DNA from: Auanema rhodensis
Lineage: Eukaryota; Animalia; Nematoda
Direction of reading: 5' to 3'
Length of the DNA: 64,000 nt
NCBI GenBank assembly: GCA_964057225.1
Contig: OZ059894.1
Coordinates: 20,646,001 to 20,710,000, forward strand
This document shows positions 1-11,259 of this stretch, one piece after another. The notes beneath the pieces were generated by a model that was given only the letters and a program-made list of their open reading frames with translations, was not told the origin of the DNA and made no database searches. Both the position numbers and the translations under genes were made by a program. How positions within the stretch are numbered: position 1 is the first letter of the stretch; every line of letters starts with the position of its first letter.

Positions 1-35
1 AACGAAAAAATTAATTCTCCAGGGTGAAAATCGAG

Positions 36-57
36 GATATAAGTGTGAACTTATATC
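36..57. other. Monomer hairpin 1: perfect 9-bp inverted repeat with 4-nt loop (same position in each monomer, some with one mismatch)
   Basis: GATATAAGT(36-44)-GTGA-ACTTATATC(49-57). Confidence 0.9.
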
Positions 58-67
58 AGTTGATATC

Positions 68-134
68 TCGGTGCATTTTTAAGCTAGCGCAAATCTGATA
101 ACACAGATCGACGCAGCTTAAAAATCCGCATCGA
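68..134. other. Monomer hairpin 2: 67-nt imperfect inverted repeat
   Basis: TCGGTGC/GCATCGA (one G:T), ATTTTTAAGCT(75-85)/AGCTTAAAAAT(115-125) perfect 11 bp, GCG/CGC, ATCTG(93-97)/CAGAT(104-108), loop ATAACA. Confidence 0.85.
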
Positions 135-208
135 ATGCACTATACTACATTGAGAAACGCTTAATACAAAAATTAGTTATGATCGTTTGAAAAATGATGC
201 ATTAGTGT

Positions 209-236
209 ATGTTGAGTTTCCATGTACACTCAACAT
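209..236. other. Monomer hairpin 3: perfect 9-bp inverted repeat with 10-nt loop
   Basis: ATGTTGAGT(209-217)-TTCCATGTAC-ACTCAACAT(228-236). Confidence 0.9.
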
Positions 237-249
237 TGCTTCCAAAAAC

Positions 250-284
250 ATTTTGACAAAAATTTTTTCGAAAAATTTCAAAAT
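250..284. other. A/T-tract dyad centred on TTTTTCGAAAAA
   Basis: 12-bp perfect palindrome at 264-275, flanked by ATTTTG(250-255)/CAAAAT(279-284). Confidence 0.75.
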
Positions 285-399
285 AATTTAGCAAAAAGTA
301 GATGTTTTTAGATTCCTTCTTTCAAGGCAAAGACGATGGACAAAGTTATTCAACGAAAAAATTAATTCTTCAGGGTGAAAATCGAGGATATAAGTGTAA

Positions 400-3300
400 A
401 CTTATATCAGTTGATATCTCGGTGCATTTTTAAGCTAGCGCAAATCTGATAACACAGAACGACGCAGCTTAAAAATTCGCATCGAATGCACTATACTACA
501 TTGAGAAACGCTTAATACAAAAATTAGTTATGATCGTTTGAAAAATGATGCATTAGTGTATGTTGAGTTTCCATGTACACTCAACATTGCTTCCAAAAAC
601 ATTTTGACAAAAATTTTTTCGAAAAATTTCGGAATAATTTAGCAAAAAGTAGATGTTTTTAGATTCCATTTTTCAAGGCAAAGACGATGGACAATGTTAT
701 TCAACGAAAAAATTAATTCTTCAGGGTGAAAATCGAGGATATAAGTGTGAACTTATATCAGTTGATATCTCGGTGCATTTTTAAGCTAGCGCAAATCTGA
801 TAACACAGATCGACGCAGCTTCAAAATCCGCATCGAATGCACTATACTACATTGAGAAACGCTTAATACAAAAATTAGTTATGATCGTTTGAAAAATGAT
901 GCATTAGTGTATGTTGAGTTTCCATGTACACTCAACATTGCTTCCAAAAACATTTTGACAAAAATTTTTTCGAAAAATTTCAAAATAATTTAGCAAAAAG
1001 TAGATGTTTTTAGATTCCTTTTTTCAAGGCAAAGACGATGGACAATGTTATTCAACGAAAAAATTAATTCTTCAGGGTGAAAATCGAGGATATAAGTGTG
1101 AACTTATATCAGTTGATATCTCGGTGCATTTTTAAGCTAGCGCAAATCTGATAACACAGATCGACGCAGCTTCAAAATCCGCATCGAATGCACTATACTA
1201 CATTGAGAAACGCTTAATACAAAAATTAGTTATGATCGTTTGAAAAATGATGCATTAGTGTATGTTGAGTTTCCATGTACACTCAACATTGCTTCCAAAA
1301 ACATTTTGACAAAAATTTTTTCGAAAAATTTCAAAATAATTTAGCAAAAAGTAGATGTTTTTAGATTCCTTTTTTCAAGGCAAAGACGATGGACAATGTT
1401 ATTCAACGAAAAAATTAATTCTTCAGGGTGAAAATCGAGGATATAAGTGTGAACTTATATCAGTTGATATCTCGTTGCATTTTTAAGCTAGCGCAAATCT
1501 GATAACACAGAACGACGCAGCTTAAAAATCCGCATCGAATGCACTATACTACATTGAGAAACGCTTAATACAAAAATTAGTTATGATCGTTTGAAAAATG
1601 ATGCATTAGTGTATGTTGAGTTTCCATGTACACTCAACATTGCTTCCAAAAACATTTTGACAAAAATTTTTTCGAAAAATTTCGGAATAATTTAGCAAAA
1701 AGTAGATGTTTTTAGATTCCATTTTTCAAGGCAAAGACGATGGACAATGTTATTCAACGAAAAAATTAATTTTTCAGGGTGAAAATCGAGGATATAAGTG
1801 TGAACTTATATCAGTTGATATCTCGGTGCATTTTTAAGCTAGCGCAAATCTGATAACACAGATCGACGCAGCTTCAAAATCCGCATCGAATGCACTATAC
1901 TACATTGAGAAACGCTTAATACAAAAATTAGTTATGATCGTTTGAAAAATGATGCATTAGTGTATGTTGAGTTTCCATGTACACTCAACATTGCTTCCAA
2001 AAACATTTTGACAAAAATTTTTTCGAAAAATTTCGAAATAATTTAGCAAAAAGTAGATGTTTTTAGATTCCATTTTTCAAGGCAAAGACGATGGACAATG
2101 TTATTCAACGAAAAAATTAATTCTTCAGGGTGAAAATCGAGGATATAAGTGTGAACTTATATCAGTTGATATCTCGGTGCATTTTTAAGCTAGCGCAAAT
2201 CTGATAACACAGAACGACGCAGCTTAAAAATTCGCATCGAATGCACTATACTACATTGAGAAACGCTTAATACAAAAATTAGTTATGATCGTTTGAAAAA
2301 TGATGCATTAGTGTATGTTGAGTTTCCATGTACACTCAACATTGCTTCCAAAAACATTTTGACAAAAATTTTTTCGAAAAATTTCGGAATAATTTAGCAA
2401 AAAGTAGATGTTTTTAGATTCCATTTTTCAAGGCAAAGACGATGGACAATGTTATTCAACGAAAAAATTAATTCTTCAGGGTGAAAATCGAGGATATAAG
2501 TGTGAACTTATATCAGTTGATATCTCGGTGCATTTTTAAGCTAGCGCAAATCTGATAACACAGATCGACGCAGCTTCAAAATCCGCATCGAATGCACTAT
2601 ACTACATTGAGAAACGCTTAATACAAAAATTAGTTATGATCGTTTGAAAAATGATGCATTAGTGTATGTTGAGTTTCCATGTACACTCAACATTGCTTCC
2701 AAAAACATTTTGACAAAAATTTTTTCGAAAAATTTCAAAATAATTTAGCAAAAAGTAGATGTTTTTAGATTCCTTTTTTCAAGGCAAAGACGATGGACAA
2801 TGTTATTCAACGAAAAAATTAATTCTTCAGGGTGAAAATCGAGGATATAAGTGTGAACTTATATCAGTTGATATCTCGGTGCATTTTTAAGCTAGCGCAA
2901 ATCTGATAACACAGATCGACGCAGCTTCAAAATCCGCATCGAATGCACTATACTACATTGAGAAACGCTTAATACAAAAATTAGTTATGATCGTTTGAAA
3001 AATGATGCATTAGTGTATGTTGAGTTTCCATGTACACTCAACATTGCTTCCAAAAACATTTTGACAAAAATTTTTTCGAAAAATTTCGAAATAATTTAGC
3101 AAAAAGTAGATGTTTTTAGATTCCATTTTTCAAGGCAAAGACGATGGACAATGTTATTCAACGAAAAAATTAATTCTTCAGGGTGAAAATCGAGGATATA
3201 AGTGTGAACTTATATCAGTTGATATCTCGGTGCATTTTTAAGCTAGCGCAAATCTGATAACACAGAACGACGCAGCTTAAAAATTCGCATCGAATGCACT

Positions 3301-5270
3301 ATACTACATTGAGAAACGCTTAATACAAAAATTAGTTATGATCGTTTGAAAAATGATGCATTAGTGTATGTTGAGTTTCCATGTACACTCAACATTGCTT
3401 CCAAAAACATTTTGACAAAAATTTTTTCGAAAAATTTCGGAATAATTTAGCAAAAAGTAGATGTTTTTAGATTCCATTTTTCAAGGCAAAGACGATGGAC
3501 AATGTTATTCAACGAAAAAATTAATTCTTCAGGGTGAAAATCGAGGATATAAGTGTGAACTTATATCAGTTGATATCTCGGTGCATTTTTAAGCTAGCGC
3601 AAATCTGATAACACAGATCGACGCAGCTTCAAAATCCGCATCGAATGCACTATACTACATTGAGAAACGCTTAATACAAAAATTAGTTATGATCGTTTGA
3701 AAAATGATGCATTAGTGTATGTTGAGTTTCCATGTACACTCAACATTGCTTCCAAAAACATTTTGACAAAAATTTTTTCGAAAAATTTCAAAATAATTTA
3801 GCAAAAAGTAGATGTTTTTAGATTCCTTTTTTCAAGGCAAAGACGATGGACAATGTTATTCAACGAAAAAATTAATTCTTCAGGGTGAAAATCGAGGATA
3901 TAAGTGTGAACTTATATCAGTTGATATCTCGGTGCATTTTTAAGCTAGCGCAAATCTGATAACACAGATCGACGCAGCTTCAAAATCCGCATCGAATGCA
4001 CTATACTACATTGAGAAACGCTTAATACAAAAATTAGTTATGATCGTTTGAAAAATGATGCATTAGTGTATGTTGAGTTTCCATGTACACTCAACATTGC
4101 TTCCAAAAACATTTTGACAAAAATTTTTTCGAAAAATTTCAAAATAATTTAGCAAAAAGTAGATGTTTTTAGATTCCTTTTTTCAAGGCAAAGACGATGG
4201 ACAATGTTATTCAACGAAAAAATTAATTCTTCAGGGTGAAAATCGAGGATATAAGTGTGAACTTATATCGGTTGATATCTCGTTGCATTTTTAAGCTAGC
4301 GCAAATCTGATAACACAGAACGACGCAGCTTAAAAATCCGCATCGAATGCACTATACTACATTGAGAAACGCTTAATACAAAAATTAGTTATGATCGTTT
4401 GAAAAATGATGCATTAGTGTATGTTGAGTTTCCATGTACACTCAACATTGCTTCCAAAAACATTTTGACAAAAATTTTTTCGAAAAATTTCGGAATAATT
4501 TAGCAAAAAGTAGATGTTTTTAGATTCCATTTTTCAAGGCAAAGACGATGGACAATGTTATTCAACGAAAAAATTAATTTTTCAGGGTGAAAATCGAGGA
4601 TATAAGTGTGAACTTATATCAGTTGATATCTCGGTGCATTTTTAAGCTAGCGCAAATCTGATAACACAGATCGACGCAGCTTCAAAATCCGCATCGAATG
4701 CACTATACTACATTGAGAAACGCTTAATACAAAAATTAGTTATGATCGTTTGAAAAATGATGCATTAGTGTATGTTGAGTTTCCATGTACACTCAACATT
4801 GCTTCCAAAAACATTTTGACAAAAATTTTTTCGAAAAATTTCGAAATAATTTAGCAAAAAGTAGATGTTTTTAGATTCCATTTTTCAAGGCAAAGACGAT
4901 GGACAATGTTATTCAACGAAAAAATTAATTCTTCAGGGTGAAAATCGAGGATATAAGTGTGAACTTATATCAGTTGATATCTCGGTGCATTTTTAAGCTA
5001 GCGCAAATCTGATAACACAGATCGACGCAGCTTCAAAATCCGCATCGAATGCACTATACTACATTGAGAAACGCTTAATACAAAAATTAGTTATGATCGT
5101 TTGAAAAATGATGCATTAGTGTATGTTGAGTTTCCATGTACACTCAACATTGCTTCCAAAAACATTTTGACAAAAATTTTTTCGAAAAATTTCGAAATAA
5201 TTTAGCAAAAAGTAGATGTTTTTAGATTCCATTTTTCAAGGCAAAGACGATGGACAATGTTATTCAACGA
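400..5270. repeat. Array sub-domain with an 8-monomer (2808-bp) duplication; approximate boundaries
   Basis: Rare variants CTCGTTGC at 1475 and 4283, and AATTTTTCAG at 1772 and 4580, are both 2808 bp apart. The TTTCGGAAT variant is confined to 631-4492. Confidence 0.8.
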
Positions 5271-5451
5271 AAAAATTAATTCTTCAGGGTGAAAATCGAG
5301 GATATAAGTGTGAACTTATATCAGTTGATATCTCGGTGCATTTTTAAGCTAGCGCAAATCTGATAACACAGATCGACGCAGCTTCAAAATCCGCATCGAA
5401 TGCACTATACTACATTGAGAAACGCTTAATACAAAAATTAGTTATGATCGT

Positions 5452-8400
5452 TTGAAAAATGATGCATTAGTGTATGTTGAGTTTCCATGTACACTCAACA
5501 TTGCTTCCAAAAACATTTTGACAAAAATTTTTTCGAGAAATTTCAAAATAATTCAGCAAAAAGTAGATGTTTTTAGATACCTTTTTTCAAGGCAAAGACG
5601 ATGGACAATGTTATTCAACGAAAAAATTAATTCTTCAGGGTGAAAATCGAGGATATAAGTGTGAACTTATATCAGTTGATATCTCGGTGCATTTTTAAGC
5701 TAGCGCAAATCTGATAACACAGATCGACGCAGCTTCAAAATCCGCATCGAATGCACTATACTACATTGAGAAACGCTTAATACAAAAATTAGTTATGATC
5801 GTTTGAAAAATGATGCATTAGTGTATGTTGAGTTTCCATGTACACTCAACATTGCTTCCAAAAACATTTTGACAAAAATTTTTTCGAGAAATTTCAAAAT
5901 AATTCAGCAAAAAGTAGATGTTTTTAGATTCCTTTTTTCAAGGCAAAGACGATGGACAATGTTATTCAACGAAAAAATTAATTCTTCAGGGTGAAAATCG
6001 AGGATATAAGTGTGAACTTATATCAGTTGATATCTCGGTGAATTTTTAAGCTAGCGCGAATCTGATAACACAGATCGACGCAGCTTAAAAATCCGCATCG
6101 AATGCATTATACTACATTGAGAAACGCTTAATACAAAAATTAGTTATGATCGTTTGAAAAATGATGCATTAGTGTATGTTGAGTTTCCATGTACACTCAA
6201 CATTGCTTCCAAAAACATTTTGACAAAAATTTTTTCGAAAAATTTCGAAATAATTTAGCAAAAAGTAGATGTTTTTAGATTCCATTTTTCAAGGCAAAGA
6301 CGATACACAATGTTATTCAACGAAAAAATTAATTCTTCAGGGTGAAAATCGAGGATATCAGTGTGAACTTATATCAGTTGATATCTCGGTGAATTTTTAA
6401 GCTAGCGCGAATCTGATAACACAGATCGACGCAGCTTAAAAATCCGCATCGAATGCACTATACTACATTGAGAAACGCTTAATACAAAAATTAGTTATGA
6501 TCGTTTGAAAAATGATGCATTAGTGTATGTTGAGTTTCCATGTACACTCAACATTGCTTCCAAAAACATTTTGACAAAAATTTTTTCGAGAAATTTCAAA
6601 ATAATTCAGCAAAAAGTAGATGTTTTTAGATTCCTTTTTTCAAGGCAAAGACGATGGACAATGTTATTCAACGAAAAAATCAATTCTTCAGGGTGAAAAT
6701 CGAGGATATAAGTGTAAACTTATATCAGTTGATATCTCGGTGCATTTTTAAGCTAGCGCAAATCTGATAACACAGAACGACGCAGCTTAAAAATTCGCAT
6801 CGAATGCACTATACTACATTGAGAAACGCTTAATACAAAAACTAGTTATGATCGTTTGAAAAATGATGCATTAGTGTATGTTGAGTTTCCATGTACACTC
6901 AACATTGCTTCCAAAAACATTTTGACAAAAATTTTTTCGAAAAATTTCGAAATAATTTAGCAAAAAGTAGATGTTTTTAGATTCCATTTTTCAAGGCAAA
7001 GACGATACACAATGTTATTCAACGAAAAAATTAATTCTTCAGGGTGAAAATCGAGGATATCAGTGTGAACTTATATCAGTTGATATCTCGGTGAATTTTT
7101 AAGCTAGCGCGAATCTGATAACACAGATCGACGCAGCTAAAAAATCCGCATCGAATGCACTATACTACATTGAGAAACGCTTAATACAAAAATTAGTTAT
7201 GATCGTTTGAAAAATGATGCATTAGTGTATGTTGAGTTTCCATGTACACTCAACATTGCTTCCAAAAACATTTTGACAAAAATTTTTTCGAGAAATTTCA
7301 AAATAATTCAGCAAAAAGTAGATGTTTTTAGATTCCTTTTTTCAAGGCAAAGACGATGGACAATGTTATTCAACGAAAAAATTAATTCTTCAGGGTGAAA
7401 ATCGAGGATATAAGTGTAAACTTATATCAGTTGATATCTCGGTGCATTTTTAAGCTAGCGCAAATCTGATAACACAGAACGACGCAGCTTAAAAATTCGC
7501 ATCGAATGCACTATACTACATTGAGAAACGCTTAATACAAAAACTAGTTATGATCGTTTGAAAAATGATGCATTAGTGTATGTTGAGTTTCCATGTACAC
7601 TCAACATTGCTTCCAAAAACATTTTGACAAAAATTTTTTCGAAAAATTTCGAAATAATTTAGCAAAAAGTAGATGTTTTTAGATTCCATTTTTCAAGGCA
7701 AAGACGATGGACAATGTTATTCAACGAAAAAATTAATTCTTCAGGGTGAAAATCGAGGATATAAGTGTGAACTTATATCAGTTGATATCTCGGTGCATTT
7801 TTAAGCTAGCGCAAATCTGATAACACAGATCGACGCAGCTTCAAAATCCGCATCGAATGCACTATACTACATTGAGAAACGCTTAATACAAAAATTAGTT
7901 ATGATCGTTTGAAAAATGATGCATTAGTGTATGTTGAGTTTCCATGTACACTCAACATTGCTTCCAAAAACATTTTGACAAAAATTTTTTCGAGAAATTT
8001 CAAAATAATTCAGCAAAAAGTAGATGTTTTTAGATTCCTTTTTTCAAGGCAAAGACGATGGACAATGTTATTCAACGAAAAAATTAATTCTTCAGGGTGA
8101 AAATCGAGGATATAAGTGTGAACTTATATCAGTTGATATCTCGGTGAATTTTTAAGCTAGCGCGAATCTGATAACACAGATCGACGCAGCTTAAAAATCC
8201 GCATCGAATGCACTATACTACATTGAGAAACGCTTAATACAAAAATTAGTTATGATCGTTTGAAAAATGATGCATTAGTGTATGTTGAGTTTCCATGTAC
8301 ACTCAACATTGCTTCCAAAAACATTTTGACAAAAATTTTTTCGAGAAATTTCAAAATAATTCAGCAAAAAGTAGATGTTTTTAGATTCCTTTTTTCAAGG

Positions 8401-11259
8401 CAAAGACGATGGACAATGTTATTCAACGAAAAAATTAATTCTTCAGGGTGAAAATCGAGGATATAAGTGTAAACTTATATCAGTTGATATCTCGGTGCAT
8501 TTTTAAGCTAGCGCAAATCTGATAACACAGAACGACGCAGCTTAAAAATTCGCATCGAATGCACTATACTACATTGAGAAACGCTTAATACAAAAACTAG
8601 TTATGATCGTTTGAAAAATGATGCATTAGTGTATGTTGAGTTTCCATGTACACTCAACATTGCTTCCAAAAACATTTTGACAAAAATTTTTTCGAAAAAT
8701 TTCGAAATAATTTAGCAAAAAGTAGATGTTTTTAGATTCCATTTTTCAAGGCAAAGACGATACACAATGTTATTCAACGAAAAAATTAATTCTTCAGGGT
8801 GAAAATCGAGGATATCAGTGTGAACTTATATCAGTTGATATCTCGGTGAATTTTTAAGCTAGCGCGAATCTGATAACACAGATCGACGCAGCTTAAAAAT
8901 CCGCATCGAATGCACTATACTACATTGAGAAACGCTTAATACAAAAATTAGTTATGATCGTTTGAAAAATGATGCATTAGTGTATGTTGAGTTTCCATGT
9001 ACACTCAACATTGCTTCCAAAAACATTTTGACAAAAATTTTTTCGAGAAATTTCAAAATAATTCAGCAAAAAGTAGATGTTTTTAGATTCCTTTTTTCAA
9101 GGCAAAGACGATGGACAATGTTATTCAACGAAAAAATTAATTCTTCAGGGTGAAAATCGAGGATATAAGTGTAAACTTATATCAGTTGATATCTCGGTGC
9201 ATTTTTAAGCTAGCGCAAATCTGATAACACAGAACGACGCAGCTTAAAAATTCGCATCGAATGCACTATACTACATTGAGAAACGCTTAATACAAAAACT
9301 AGTTATGATCGTTTGAAAAATGATGCATTAGTGTATGTTGAGTTTCCATGTACACTCAACATTGCTTCCAAAAACATTTTGACAAAAATTTTTTCGAAAA
9401 ATTTCGAAATAATTTAGCAAAAAGTAGATGTTTTTAGATTCCATTTTTCAAGGCAAAGACGATGGACAATGTTATTCAACGAAAAAATTAATTCTTCAGG
9501 GTGAAAATCGAGGATATAAGTGTGAACTTATATCAGTTGATATCTCGGTGCATTTTTAAGCTAGCGCAAATCTGATAACACAGATCGACGCAGCTTCAAA
9601 ATCCGCATCGAATGCACTATACTACATTGAGAAACGCTTAATACAAAAATTAGTTATGATCGTTTGAAAAATGATGCATTAGTGTATGTTGAGTTTCCAT
9701 GTACACTCAACATTGCTTCCAAAAACATTTTGACAAAAATTTTTTCGAGAAATTTCAAAATAATTCAGCAAAAAGTAGATGTTTTTAGATTCCTTTTTTC
9801 AAGGCAAAGACGATGGACAATGTTATTCAACGAAAAAATTAATTCTTCAGGGTGAAAATCGAGGATATAAGTGTGAACTTATATCAGTTGATATCTCGGT
9901 GAATTTTTAAGCTAGCGCGAATCTGATAACACAGATCGACGCAGCTTAAAAATCCGCATCGAATGCACTATACTACATTGAGAAACGCTTAATACAAAAA
10001 TTAGTTATGATCGTTTGAAAAATGATGCATTAGTGTATGTTGAGTTTCCATGTACACTCAACATTGCTTCCAAAAACATTTTGACAAAAATTTTTTCGAA
10101 AAATTTCGAAATAATTTAGCAAAAAGTAGATGTTTTTAGATTCCATTTTTCAAGGCAAAGACGATACACAATGTTATTCAACGAAAAAATTAATTCTTCA
10201 GGGTGAAAATCGAGGATATCAGTGTGAACTTATATCAGTTGATATCTCGGTGAATTTTTAAGCTAGCGCGAATCTGATAACACAGATCGACGCAGCTTAA
10301 AAATCCGCATCGAATGCACTATACTACATTGAGAAACGCTTAATACAAAAATTAGTTATGATCGTTTGAAAAATGATGCATTAGTGTATGTTGAGTTTCC
10401 ATGTACACTCAACATTGCTTCCAAAAACATTTTGACAAAAATTTTTTCGAGAAATTTCAAAATAATTCAGCAAAAAGTAGATGTTTTTAGATTCCTTTTT
10501 TCAAGGCAAAGACGATGGACAATGTTATTCAACGAAAAAATTAATTCTTCAGGGTGAAAATCGAGGATATAAGTGTAAACTTATATCAGTTGATATCTCG
10601 GTGCATTTTTAAGCTAGCGCAAATCTGATAACACAGAACGACGCAGCTTAAAAATTCGCATCGAATGCACTATACTACATTGAGAAACGCTTAATACAAA
10701 AATTAGTTATGATCGTTTGAAAAATGATGCATTAGTGTATGTTGAGTTTCCATGTACACTCAACATTGCTTCCAAAAACATTTTGACAAAAATTTTTTCG
10801 AAAAATTTCGAAATAATTTAGCAAAAAGTAGATGTTTTTAGATTCCATTTTTCAAGGCAAAGACGATGGACAATGTTATTCAACGAAAAAATTAATTCTT
10901 CAGGGTGAAAATCGAGGATATAAGTGTGAACTTATATCAGTTGATATCTCGGTGCATTTTTAAGCTAGCGCAAATCTGATAACACAGATCGACGCAGCTT
11001 CAAAATCCGCATCGAATGCACTATACTACATTGAGAAACGCTTAATACAAAAATTAGTTATGATCGTTTGAAAAATGATGCATTAGTGTATGTTGAGTTT
11101 CCATGTACACTCAACATTGCTTCCAAAAACATTTTGACAAAAATTTTTTCGAGAAATTTCAAAATAATTCAGCAAAAAGTAGATGTTTTTAGATTCCTTT
11201 TTTCAAGGCAAAGACGATGGACAATGTTATTCAACGAAAAAATTAATTCTTCAGGGTGA
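5452..11259. repeat. Array sub-domain with mostly dimeric (702-bp) alternation of CAG-type and TAG-type monomers
   Basis: ORF-type monomers at 5803, 6505, 7207, 7909 and 8260, 8962, 9664, 10366, 11068. Private GATACAC variant at 6305, 7007, 8762, 10166. Confidence 0.8.

Larger units (their letters stand above)
1..351 (+). repeat. Reference monomer in arbitrary phase; about 31% GC, multiple A/T tracts, about 12 CpG
   Basis: Hand count gives about 110 G+C in 351. The monomer has single EcoRV (GATATC), NheI (GCTAGC), NsiI (ATGCAT) and BsrGI (TGTACA) sites, so digestion should give a 351-bp ladder. Confidence 0.95.

Noticed and set aside
1-351. Assignment to a named satellite (Drosophila 1.688 family, Tribolium TCAST, alpha satellite) or a CENP-B box
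   Set aside because: Only length and AT-richness are similar. I recognise no diagnostic sequence, and there is no TTCG-N4-A-N2-CGGG motif.
367-373. Hammerhead ribozyme core: CUGAAGA on the minus strand of nearly every monomer (hammerheads are known in newt, schistosome and cave-cricket satellites)
   Set aside because: I could not build stem II closing onto any downstream GAAA, nor stems I and III with an NUH site. An Infernal/RNAmotif search would settle it.
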